Positions 13,487 through 25,783 of a DNA stretch of 64,000 bases are shown here, one piece after another. The stretch spans positions 1,922,001 through 1,986,000 of the forward strand of contig NC_089435.1 of NCBI RefSeq assembly GCF_026210795.1. The letters are read 5' to 3'. Position 1 is the first letter of the stretch, and every line of letters starts with the position of its first letter. Made by a program: the position numbers and the translations under genes. The DNA is from Rhizophagus irregularis. Taxonomy: Eukaryota. Below the pieces are notes generated by a model. That model was given only the letters and a program-made list of their open reading frames with translations, was not told the DNA's origin and searched no databases.

Positions 13487-16400
13487 ATGAGTGAAATAAT
13501 CGAAATTAACAATGATGCTGACAAAATCGAAGTTGATGATGTTGATAAAATATTTACCTTCGATGATGAACGACATAATGGTAAACCTATTACTATAATA
13601 GAAATATCACCAAATGAAAAATACCTTATTACTTATAGTGAAGAAGATCGTTCAATTGTCGGTTGGAATGTTGAAGATAAGGTTCATCTTAAATTTCATC
13701 AAGCTGTTAAAACTATAGAAGATAATGAAGAGTATAAATATGAGATCAAAAGTTTATGCGTTTCTGATGATAATAAACTTGTTTATATTACTATTCACCG
13801 TTATCGTTATAGTGATTATAAATATACTACTATTACTGGTAAGTAATAATTATTTGATTATGTAATGATTAAATTATGGTAATTGATATTTATTTTAATA
13901 TTTTTTAGTAATCGATATGAATAATAAAGATAAAAATATTGCATTAGATTTAAATAATGAAAGTTATCAACAAAAGCATTATTATTGTACCTTTAATTTA
14001 AAAAATGAATTTATTTTATATAGTGAAGTTAATGCTGTTTCTGGAAAACATAAAATTATTTGTATTTACTCCACACAAACTAAAAATAACAAATGGGAAT
14101 GTAAGAGATTTTACGAGATACCTGAAGATTATGAATTAATTAGTATATCAAAATATGATAAAGTTTACCTATTTTCAAATGATCACATTTATGAATGGAA
14201 TATTAATACTGAAAGAGGTGTAAAAATATTTGGTAATAATAAGGATAAGAATAAGGTAATTAATATTATAAAATTTATTTTCCAATCAATATTAAATTAT
14301 AATTAAATATATAAATATTAATTATTTTTTAGTTTGAAACAAAAAATATCGGAATATTCAGTAATGATGAAAAGTTTATTTCTCTAAAAATTAATGATAA
14401 AATCATCGTTTATTTAATTGAATTGAAAATTCCTATTGCTTCTTTGGATATAAATGATGGTAACCATTTTTAAAAAATTTTATTTATACTTTAATTATTA
14501 CTCATATTAAATCATTATTTTTTATTTAGATATTCAACTATATAATTTTATGAATCATACTGGTTTATTTCTTTTACCTTCTTTATTCTATTATAAACCA
14601 GACAAAGAAGTCAAATATTGTTGGAACAATAAATACGAAATTATGTTTAATCCAACTGATGAACCACCAACTGATGATCAAACAAAGTTTGTGTTTGGAA
14701 TTCGAAATGGACGTGTTTGGAAATCTAAATTTGACAAAAAGATGAAGTCGAACTTTTCATCCGAAAATTCTGATGAATTAAATAACAAAATTGTTGAATG
14801 TGATGAATATTTAAATGTTCTTTTATCTAATCTATTTATAGATACTGTGTCTAAATTATTTCAAAAAGTCACGACAAATGTTGATTATAGTAACGAAAAA
14901 CGAATTGAATTAGCTGGAAATTTAATTGAATGGGATATACGTGTTGGTGACGGTAAAATTAAACTGGAAGTTTTCAAAAAAGGAAAACTAATTAGCACGA
15001 AAATTGAAAATTATCATTATCCTTATAAATATTATGATGATATCAATAATGTTCATAGTTTAGTTGCAAGCTCATTATTTAATAACGATGATATTGTTAT
15101 ATTGACAACATTTGGTATTCTTATTTATACTTTTAGTGAAAATAACAAATCTATTTCTTTAAACTATTTTTATTTTATGAAATTAGAGAATTATAGATAT
15201 AAAAATGAAGAATCCAAATATGGCATTAAAAAATATAAAGTATATATGAAAATACTTCAACATTACTACAAAGGAATATTTTCAAAATCTACTTTACCAT
15301 CACCAAATTATGATAGTTTTAGATTAGATGGATGGGTTTCAGTTATAATAAATAATAAATCAAGTCTTTTGAAATATGGAGTTGAATTATTAAAATTTGT
15401 AATTAAAGAACATAAGTTAGAATTAATTGATGAGATTTATAAAAAATGCATGTCTTATTTTAAAGAAGATTTAATGAACAATAAGTCATTTTTAAGCATT
15501 ATCACTTCTGCAATGCCATTACTAGATGAATATTATCCAGAATATATTCTAAAATATTCATCAGAAACGAATATGATTATAGATTCTTCTTTTTATAGTA
15601 AAGAGCATCAAAATAAAAATTTCCATCTTTATTCTTTTTTTCAATCTCCTCAAATAACTAATTTATCAAAATCTCTTTTATGGACAAAATACCAATTTTA
15701 TTTTTTTAATTCAGAAACACTATTATTGTTCATTAATATATTGCAAGGTTTAATAATACTTTTAACTTTACCCCTTTATTTGGCTACATTTTATATTTTA
15801 TCAAAATACAATTTTATTAATAATATTTATGATGAAGATTTATTTTCTTCTATTTATTTCTATAAAATTGTTAAATTTTTTAAAAAATATATAACAACGA
15901 CACCAACAATTACTTTTATGATTCCTTATATTAATTTTGTTAATTATTCAAAAGATTATAATTGGTTTTTAGAATTAATTATACCTCAACCTAGTCCATT
16001 TACTGAAACAATGAATAGAAATATTTATAAAACATGGAATGGAGAAGCATTAATTAATTTTAAATGGAATGCTTATGGAAAATATTATTATGCAATGATT
16101 TGGATTTTATTTATGGCTTTGCTTGGGTGCTTTACTACTGCTGCAACAATTCCTCAGCAATATATTAATGAAGAAGTTAGACAACAACTTTTTATTGCTT
16201 CGATTATACTTGGATTTATTCATCTGATTTTAGAAATTCGTCAATGTTTTTATAAAATTATTGAGTGGTTAAAGAATTTTTGGAATATTTTTGGTAAATA
16301 TAAATGTTTATTTACTATGTTTTAAGAAAATGAAATTAATTATATAATGTTTTAATATTGTAGATATAATTGCTTATGTGCTTTCAATCTACACTTCTAT

Positions 16401-17581
16401 TTATTGGCTTCAAACAAATGATAAGAATAATAATAAGTATCTAATTCAATTGCTTTCTTTTTCATGTTTATTTTTGGATATAAAATTTTTGTTATTTTTT
16501 AGAGCATTTGAATATTTTGGTGTATATTTTGCAATAATTATTAGTGTTGGAAAAAAGATTTTTTCTTTTCTATTAGTCTTATTCATTATTATAATAAGTT
16601 TTGCACATGCATTTTATATTTTATTATCACCAAAATCTGAATTTTCACTTAAACAATATAATACAAATAATGATGATCCAAATAATCCTTGGAATTTAGC
16701 TCCTAGTTATAGTCAAATTGATAATAATGGAAATATAAATTCCAATCCACTTATGATTCAAATTCCTGATGGAAATACAAACATGTTTATGAATATTAAA
16801 ACTTCCCTTTTTGCTATATATTTATTTTTAATAGGTATATTTAAATTTTTCATAATTATGTAAATATACATAATATTTTCTAATATTTTTAAGCAATTCT
16901 TCTTATCAATAGGTGATTCAAGTGCATTATCCAATTGGACATATACTGAAAATTCATCAATTGCAGTATTGATTGTTTTATTTTCCCTTTTAGTTGTTGT
17001 ATATCTTATGAACTTGTTAATTGGATTACTCAATATGGCAATTGAAGAAGATAATAATAGAGTCTCATATTTAATGCAGAAGGCAGAGGTAGATAATAAT
17101 ATTATTAATCATTTCATTTCTGTAAATATACTAATATATCTCAATTTTTAGATTTTGGCTGAGATTGAGTTATTTTACCTATTACCACATCAGAGACGTT
17201 GGAAAACATGGTTTCCTGAAGTAATGTATGTAGTTTTACTTTTAAAAAAAATTTAATGTTATAATTTTATTAATAATTATTCAAATTTATTTTTCAAGAC
17301 ATTATTATGCTGATGCTGATAAGACTCGAATAGAAATTGAAAGGTTGATTGAAAAGGGTGAATGGGAAACCAAGGAACAGGAACTCACAGAGATGCGGAA
17401 AAATTTATTAGACAAACTTAAAATTAAATATGATCCTATTGACAATAAGGCAATATTGGAGAAATTAAAAATTGACAATGAGGTAATATTGGAGAAATTA
17501 AAATCTCATGATGTAAAATTAGATAAATTAGAGGAATTAGAGAAATTAAAAGAATTATTGAAAGAAATATGTGCAAAATAA
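13487..17581 (+). CDS. TRP-like ion-transport channel protein with N-terminal beta-propeller-like region; 8 predicted exons (13487-13838, 13909-14255, 14333-14459, 14530-16293, 16364-16834, 16913-17088, 17152-17225, 17299-17581)
   Basis: GT-AG introns join six ORFs in frame. Motifs WNGEALINFKW, FLLFFRAFEYFGVYFAII, S6-like YLMNLLIGLLNMAI, QKAEILAEIELF and a C-terminal coiled coil. Confidence 0.88.
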
Positions 17582-18749
17582 TTTTAATATTATGTTAGTT
17601 TTATAATTCAGTTTTTATATTGCTTATCCAAATATTAAATATATATATTCTTTTTTTTTCTTACTCAGAATTATTTAAACACTAATGTTAAAGTAAATGA
17701 ATATTTTACAAAATTCTTAGTTTGTAATTTAAATAAATCTTGATTTTTCTTAACTTATCCAATTATTAAATATAAATTATCAAAATGATACATATAGTAT
17801 AAAATCATTTCCAATTTGCGAAATCAAATTAAATAATGTAAAATTTTTTATATTCATCTTCAAAGGCAGTACTGATGACATTAAAGTAATTAAAACTTCA
17901 TTTAATTTCTAAATTAAATAATAAAAGCTTTTCTTGATATTAAATGACAGATTGTTAACATCAAAATCTCATAGGTTAATTTCATAGGTTGATTTTGAAT
18001 ATACATATTTTTTTGAGTAGCCACCATAAATATTTAATATATCATGTAACAAGAGATTGGAAAAAATATATTTATTATTACATTTATTAATAATTAAATC
18101 AAAAATTTTTTTATGATAATAAATAAATATTTCATTAGTAAAAAATATTTTTTTTATTTTTTTTTTCGAGGAAAATTATAAATACCTTTTACCTTTTTAG
18201 TATTTTATGGAAAGAAGAATTTTTTAAACATTTATAAATTAATTTATTTTAAACATTTCATTGTAACTTATAATAAACTGAAATCTGCCATTTCTCTATA
18301 GTTAATTTACTTGTTTTTACAATAACTTTTACTTAAAAAATCTTTAAAAAGTATGTTAAGCTCTCCCATGAAAATCACCTCTTGTTAAACTAAATAATAT
18401 TTAATTTTAAAGAATAAACTCTTCATATTTTTTCTTTCTTTTTAGGTTTCAGCAGCTTTTTTTTTTTAGATTCCACTGATTTTCTTTGAAAATTGAGGTT
18501 GATATCTTGGTAAATTTTGTTTCTTTTTTATTTCTTTCAATACCAAATTTCATTTTTCTTTTCTTTTAAGTTCTGGGTGGTAGTTAACAAAATTCTTGTG
18601 AATTTGTGACTCTTTAATAAAAGTATAACTTTTATCAGATCACAGGTACCGAGAACTGATCCCGTGATGCGTGAGATGCGTGATGCACTAATGGGATATG
18701 TTAAAATACTGATCTCCTTACTGAATTATTAGATGAACTCAATAAATAT

Positions 18750-18932
18750 TAGGCCAGTTCAATTCTGATCATTCGGGTTTTTTGATCGAAAATCCATTAC
18801 ATGTGATCAAAATCAAGATTGAGTACTTTGATCGGCTTATTGAACGGTTAACCTTGGTCACCTTATCATCAGCCAATAATTATCAACTCAAAACCCGATC
18901 AAATTCCGAACGATCAGAATTGAACAGGCCTA
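18750..18932. mobile_element. MITE, ~183 bp
   Basis: Inverted termini taggccagttcaattctgatc / gatcagaattgaacaggccta, with repeated internal gatc motifs. Confidence 0.75.
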
Positions 18933-19277
18933 CTATAATGATATTAAAATAACAAATTGATTGTAAAAAATTTTTATATCAATATACAAAGAGAACCTTT
19001 TTTTTTTAAAAAAAAAATATTGCTCTGACAACAAACAATTATTATTTTAAATTGATGAACGGCGTAGTTATATAAGCCTTATAGAAATTCTATCGATCAC
19101 ATGCAGATCAGCAATTTTTACGTGACAAGTCGTGACATGAATTGTATGACTATTATGGGAAAATATATAAATAGGTAACAAGAGATCAACTTGTATCCGA
19201 ATTACGTAATGCTCTGAAAATTAATTAAAATTTATCCGGCTGACAAAAAATACTTTTTCTTTTACTCTCCACGCACT

Positions 19278-20858
19278 ATGTCTTGTTCAAAAATATTCTT
19301 GGGAGAATTACCAGAATTAACATATGATATTTTAAAGTATTTAAAAAATGATTGTTCAACTTTATATTCATGTATTTTAGTTAACAGATTATGGTGTCGT
19401 TTAACAATTCCATTATTATGGGAAAACCCATTTTCAAATCCTACAAAAAATTGTAACTTTATTGAAATTTATTTACATAATTTAAATGAAGATTCAAAAA
19501 CAAAATTAAATGAATATAGAATTGAGGATAATTTATTTACTTCAAATACACTCTTCAATTATCCTAGTTTTATAAAATATTTAAATACACGGAAGTTTAT
19601 TCTTTCTACTTATAGATGGACTGAAAATTCTATTAAAACATTGAAACCTGAAAAAAGTTATTCAAATGATGTTAATAATTTTGAAAGATTAATTCAAATG
19701 TTATTATTTAAACTATTTATTGATAATGAGGCAAATTTACATACTTTTAAAATTGAGATCTTTCATAATTGGAATTCTCATTGTGATAATATTTTAGAAT
19801 TAATTTTACAAAATCCAAATTTTATTCACAATGTCAAAAATTTAAACATTTATACTAGTAGTTATCCTAATAATGGTAAGAAATATATGATAGCTAAAAA
19901 TCATATATTAAAATTAATTAATTTACATCAAAATCTTAAAAAAATTTTTTTAGGAACTAATAACTTTCTTTTATATCAATCATTATTATTAACACAAGAT
20001 TATAATTGTTCAAACACTTTAAATACTATCATATTATGTCAGGTTAATTTTAAAGATATAATCAATTTAGATAAAATATTTGATCAATTAAAAGTTTTAG
20101 AATCTGTTCATCTCATTTATTGTCATTCCTTAAATACTAGTTTTATTCAACAAATTATTAATTTAAATAGACCATTTAAATTAAAATCTTTAATTATAGA
20201 TGAGACATCAAAAATTAATGAATCATCATTTCAATCATTATTACAAAAATGCGGTGGATATTTAGAGAATTTTGGATGTGAATTTGGAGTTCAAAATAAA
20301 TTATTACTTGAATCAATTATAAAATATTGTAAAAATATTAAATCACTTTATTTAAATAGATTTAGAAATGAGCTTATTTATTTATTATTGGATCTGATTG
20401 AAAATTTGAAGCAAAGTCTTAATTATCTTACAATCAAGATAACAGGTTGGGAAAATTATATTGAATATAGTTCAATTGTATTACAAAATTTAGGACAAAT
20501 CCTTCCTTTTAAATTAGAATATTTAAATTTGAGTCTTCACATTAAAATGAGTGATTTTGAAGTATTCTTGAAAAATTCTCAAGATACTTTTATTAAGAAA
20601 TTGTTGATCAATAATTTAAAAGGACAAGATATTTTATCTTATATAAAAGAATATATTATGAAAAAGAAAAGAGTGAAGTATTTGGCTATTATGGATTCCT
20701 TTAAAGGTGCATCAGATAACTATGGCTATAAGGAATTGGTTTCATTAAAAGATGAAGTGGAGGAATTTAAGTTGTATGATATTAAAGTGCAATGTTATAA
20801 TGGTTCAATCACTGGTCGAAGTGGGATGATTTGCATGAAGTTTATTGCCCATAAATAG
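19278..20858 (+). CDS. F-box-like/LRR protein whose last 16 aa are transposon-derived
   Basis: 526-aa ORF with MSCSKIFLGELPEL...LYSCILVNRLWCRLTIPLLWENPF. From 20810 it reads into the inserted element. The ancestral end lies at 23739-23772. Confidence 0.88.
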   Translation: MSCSKIFLGELPELTYDILKYLKNDCSTLYSCILVNRLWCRLTIPLLWENPFSNPTKNCNFIEIYLHNLNEDSKTKLNEYRIEDNLFTSNTLFNYPSFIKYLNTRKFILSTYRWTENSIKTLKPEKSYSNDVNNFERLIQMLLFKLFIDNEANLHTFKIEIFHNWNSHCDNILELILQNPNFIHNVKNLNIYTSSYPNNGKKYMIAKNHILKLINLHQNLKKIFLGTNNFLLYQSLLLTQDYNCSNTLNTIILCQVNFKDIINLDKIFDQLKVLESVHLIYCHSLNTSFIQQIINLNRPFKLKSLIIDETSKINESSFQSLLQKCGGYLENFGCEFGVQNKLLLESIIKYCKNIKSLYLNRFRNELIYLLLDLIENLKQSLNYLTIKITGWENYIEYSSIVLQNLGQILPFKLEYLNLSLHIKMSDFEVFLKNSQDTFIKKLLINNLKGQDILSYIKEYIMKKKRVKYLAIMDSFKGASDNYGYKELVSLKDEVEEFKLYDIKVQCYNGSITGRSGMICMKFIAHK

Positions 20859-21163
20859 CTTATAAATTTGTTGATCTCAATTACGCTTAAGAAATCTCCA
20901 TCAAATTTAATTTATAGATTGAAACGGGTAAAATTTATTGTAAATTTTATGATTTTAAAACTAATTCGCTAATTATAATGTATAAATTCTAAATAAATTT
21001 TAATTAAATTTAATATTAATGTTTATTACGCATATAATAGCTTGAAATTTACTTGAAATATGATATTAAATTCGCAACAAGCCATTTACTACTATTATTG
21101 AAATTTTGCTATACTAAAACAAAATTTATATTATTACAAAATTACAAAAAAAAGCAAAGAGAT

Positions 21164-23341
21164 AATCATGAAACTTCGTAGCCACGCTCAATTAAGGCAA
21201 TGTATTACTAGACCTATGCTAAAGATGACTTTAGCAAGGCTTTCTTTGAGAAATTAAAAGAAATTTCATACATTTTGCCAGCTGGTGAGAAAGCTTATGA
21301 CCTCTAATAATCTCAAGTCAATTTATATTAATTAATGTTATATTATTATATGCTATTTGTGTCATTTTGTGATGGTTAAGTTGAACATATTCCAAGCATC
21401 AAAAACCATAATTGCAGTTTATTATTTTGAAGAGTATAAAAGAAAATGTAAAGAAAATTAAAAAAATAGTTTATTCGTGATTAAAAATAGTTAAAATAGT
21501 TAAAATAGTTTAATGTGTTATATCAATCCTCAAAATGGAATCGGGTCCTATTTTACTATCTTACATAAAATTAATGTCATGTTTATCACATGATATAATA
21601 ACTGATAGGCGCAGTTCAATGACGGATAATCTTTCTTTAAAAAAAAAGTTTGTTCTTTCCCATAATTCCTTTCCCTCTTTCTCATTCATTAATTTTTTTT
21701 TTACAACAACGACATCAATGAGCTATTGGTATGAACAACTGACAAAAATTAAAGGAAATGAACAAATATCTCCAATGGCTCAAAGTTGAAGTTCAACTGA
21801 GAACGAACTGAACATTTTCGCAAATAGTGCTCTCTTAGGTGATTTCTTTTTATTTTTATCAATTTTTTGAATTTTTTTTTTGTTTTATCGTTATTTACTA
21901 TAATTTTCTTTTTTTTCTTATTATTTTTCATAAAATTTTTTCCAAGCCTATGATAGCTGGACTTGAAGAAAACAAAAGTAAAAATTATACTTTACAATAA
22001 AACAAGAATTGGAAATTAAAATAAATGGCAAGTTAGTCTTGTTTTAATAGTTCATTATTAGTATTAGAAATGTATTAAAATTTTCTTTTTAATTTTTTAA
22101 AGGTAACAGAGAATCTTCAGACGATTGGTGATTATTGGGGAAAGAGTTTCTATAAAAAATGTATTAAATGTTCCTTCTTTTTTTTGGTAGGTAATATTCT
22201 CTGGAGGGACTTTTTGGACAGTAAGTAAAATTTTTGGGAAAAGAATTTCGCCATTAATTATGAGGAACATACTAAATTTCCTTTTTTTATTTTTTTGTAG
22301 GTAATGACTTGTCTGTGAAAGACTTTTGGATAGTGAGTTATTTCTTTTGAGAGGAATTCGTCATTTATCTGTAAGAAATGTCTGACGCTTCTTTTTTTAA
22401 TCTTTATAGGTTCTGTATTTCCAGACTTTGGTAAGCTATTTGAATTCAGAATTGACTTTAAGAAACCTATTTTAAAAGAATTTTATTAATGAAATTTTTA
22501 TTTTTTTTATTTTTTAGCCTTATGGTACTTTGGATCTTTGAAGCAGAATTTTGTTAATGGAAGATGAAGTTTTTCTCTTATTTTAACGTGGATTTTTTTG
22601 ACACATGGACTTCTGGTAATTCTTTTTTTAAAGTTCTTTTTTTTTTAATTTAAAAAAAGAGAAAGTGATTTTTAAATTATTATTTTTAATGAATTCAGTT
22701 TTTTAGACGGCTTCATTTTGATCTTTAGACACATAGGTTATGGTGTACTTTTTTTTTATATTCTTAAACTTTTTTTTAATATAATATTAACCTAACAACT
22801 TCATTTTCGTTCTTATTTGGATAAGTCTTCAGCTCTTTAGAGGCTGATTTCGGTAAGATATTTTTTTCTTTGACATTAAAAAATGATTACTAACTTTTTG
22901 TTTCTTTTATAGATGACTTGCTCTTTGGTATTCAGAGATATTTTTGAACATGGATTTCATAAGTTCAATTTTTTTCTTTAATTTTTCTTTTAACAAAGAA
23001 TGATCACTAATATTCATCATCTTTCTTTTTTCAGATGGTTGGTTTTTTGACTCTTTAAACGCGTGAAAACTTGGTGAGATTTGTTTCTAATTATGCATTT
23101 CAATGAAATGTTTTTACTAACATTTCAATTTTCTCTTTTTTAGATGGTCTAGGTCTCTGAATCAAATGTTTAGGGATCTTGTAGAAAAGAAGTTTGAGGT
23201 TAGAAATCATAGGCTTTCTCACCAGCTGGCAAAATGTATGAAATTTCTTTTAATTCACAAAGAAAGCCTTGCTAAAGTCATCTTTAGTGTAGGTCTAGTA
23301 ATACATTGCCTTAATTGAGCGTGGCTACGAAGTTTATGATT
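21164..23341. mobile_element. Nested 2.18-kb element with ~140-bp terminal inverted repeats carrying a micro-exon array
   Basis: 21164-21307 is the reverse complement of 23200-23341 with few mismatches (aatcatgaaacttcgtagccacgctcaattaaggcaatg...). No transposase ORF and no clear TSD. Confidence 0.85.
21718..23170 (+). other. Array of ~12 micro-exons (about 10-50 nt) separated by ~60-110-nt GT-AG introns; probable spliced non-coding or decayed transcript
   Basis: Repeated polyT-(c/t)ag | short GC-richer block | gt(a/g)ag units, e.g. ttggtag|gtaatattctctggagggactttttggaca|gtaagt, tttatag|gttctgtatttccagactttg|gtaagc, tttcag|atggttgg...aaaacttg|gtgaga. Confidence 0.6.
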
Positions 23342-25392
23342 CTTAAATAGAAGTGAAGTTTCATTATAATATACATAAAATTTATATAAAATTTATATTG
23401 TATTTATTGTTAATATTTTAGCTATATATTTGCAAATATGAGCGAAATTTCATTAACATTTCTTATATCATAAAAAATTTCTGTTTAATGTATTATAAGT
23501 TTAAATGATATATAAAGAAGGTTTTATCACAATTTAAAATACATTTATATAATAGAAACTTGTAAATTTCAAATGACATATACACTTCATGGAAATTGGA
23601 CAAGTTTACAACAAATTTCCTTAATATACACTTTAATTGGAATTAATTGAAATTACTGGTAAATCAATTTGAAATGTGACGTGTATATAAAATTTCTCTA
23701 GTGTAAATGTATTGCACATCCCCCTACTTCGACCAGTGAATGATAAGTTTCTATGAATTTACTCGTGATTAATTATTTAGTGGAGTGGTAATTTTAAAAT
23801 ATCAGATAGGAATATTAAATATAATTGCTTATAAATAAATAAAGTATTCATAAATTTTTATACATTTAAAATTGTGTGATAAAGTAATTTTGACATGTAA
23901 TTAATTTGCAAATTATATCCTATGTTACATAAAAATTGGAACATAGCAAAAGAAAATTTACTAATGAAACTTATGAATTATTATAATCTATGAAAGTTTC
24001 TGAGGAGGTTGATATATTAACAACATTTCTTTAAATTTGTAATAAGTCAAAAAGGTAAAAATAGTCCTATAAAATGAGACACTGCTCTTTACAAATAAAT
24101 GTAATATATAATGAAAATTCTCTCTTATAATAATTTTTAAGGTCTTATACTAATTAGTGAAATTTGTTGCCTTCTGAAAACTGTATGTTTGCACAATATT
24201 AATTGATTTTAATATTCGTCAATAATTATGCTAATATTACAATTTACAATTTATTGAGTAAATAATTTAGCATTTTATGAAACATTTTCTTTTAAAAAAT
24301 ATATTTTTCAGATTCCGTATAAAGCTTTGAAAAAAACGGGTAAAATATGATTCTAACCTTTCCTAAAAAGAAGTTTAATCACATGATCCTCTATCAAGGT
24401 TATATAAGCGAAATTGTTGAAACAATAAATTCAAAGTATTTTTCGAATTTGAACTAATTCATTATTTAATTTACTAACAAATAAAGAAATAAATTATTCC
24501 CCTAAAAAAATTTTTTAATTTAAATGAACAAATAGTAAAAAGTAAGTGGATCACTTTTATATGTTAGTTTTTTTTTGCCAAATAAAATAAATGTGACTTA
24601 ATAATTTAAATAAATTATAAAATTTCGATTTTATTACAATTTATTTACAATATAAACAAAAAAAGAATAAATCTTATTAAAGAAAAGTGTAATTTCATAT
24701 ATGTGAATCTAATTTTGTCGTAAATGGTGGGATTATAATATTTATAAAATTCCAGATAAAAGATCAATTTTTTTTTGTTTCAAAGAATTAAATTTTATCA
24801 AAAAAACGAATTTGCATTTTTTGATCATGATTGTGTTGATTCAATGTAGAATGGATTTATTTCATTTTCTGTTATTTCGTTACTTGCTAATTAGATATTA
24901 CATAAAATATATTTATAAAATTTTGAGCGGTATTAATTCTTTATGTAAGTAATTGATTATTTAAAATATGACTAATTGGATAACGCACTTTTATCCCCTG
25001 ATCGGCACCATTTACACGTTTATGCAAATGTAGTTATACCTACTGGGTAGCCAATTTTATATGTATTTATTTATCCGTTTCTAGGAAATTTTGCGGTAAA
25101 AATTAATTATTGATTATACTATAATGGACTGATTCGAAAATTTGAGTAATTCGGAAAGATTTGCATTTTCTAAATGAGAAAAACTTTCTTTTAATTTATT
25201 TGTAATCTCAATACTATTTTTCAAGTGTAATAGTAATGGTTCCGAAACTTTTTAAAATTTATTTTTTTATTTTAAAATTTTTAAAATGAAACAAAACCAA
25301 GCGTAAATTCAACAATAAAATATACTATATTATACTCACGATATACTATAAAACACTTACTATTGTGTAAATGGCAGGGGATAAATCAATTA

Positions 25393-25507
25393 TCTCCTGG
25401 CTAATTGGAATAGTAAAATTTTACTTAGAATCGGAACATGATCGGCCTTCGGCCGATCATTTATCCAATCCTAGTAAAATTTTACTTATTCCTAATTAGC
25501 CAGGAGA
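25393..25507. mobile_element. Palindromic MITE (115 bp) flanked by TA
   Basis: ta|tctcctggctaatt...atgatcggcc-ttc-ggccgatcat...aattagccaggaga|ta; the whole element is a fold-back. Confidence 0.75.
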
Positions 25508-25783
25508 TAAGTAATACGAATCACCTAATATTTAAATAAAAAAGCTAAATATAATGTATTGATTCTTAACCTACCCGTTAGGAATTATACGTTGCAAGAA
25601 GCGCAGTTCTAAAATTTATAAACATGTTTGTATTTTATTAGTGTTATAAAAATTTATACATCATAAATGATTCTAACGTTAACGCCAACGCATTACATCA
25701 ATAAAGGTAACTATCTAAAAAAATAAAAAATAAAATAAGATCATATCTTATATAACGTTAAAATTTGCTAAATTATCGTATAT

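Larger units (their letters stand above)
20810..23738. mobile_element. Non-autonomous CACTA/EnSpm(CMC)-like DNA transposon (CACTG termini, 3-bp TSD AAT), 2929 bp including a nested element
   Basis: Perfect 13-bp TIR CACTGGTCGAAGT (20810) / ACTTCGACCAGTG (ends 23738). AAT is duplicated at 20807-20809 and 23739-23741. Removing the element restores the F-box reading frame. Confidence 0.85.

Noticed and set aside
17880..18640. Possible decayed minus-strand ORF (FVNYHPELKRKENEIW...)
   Set aside because: Too degraded to assign.
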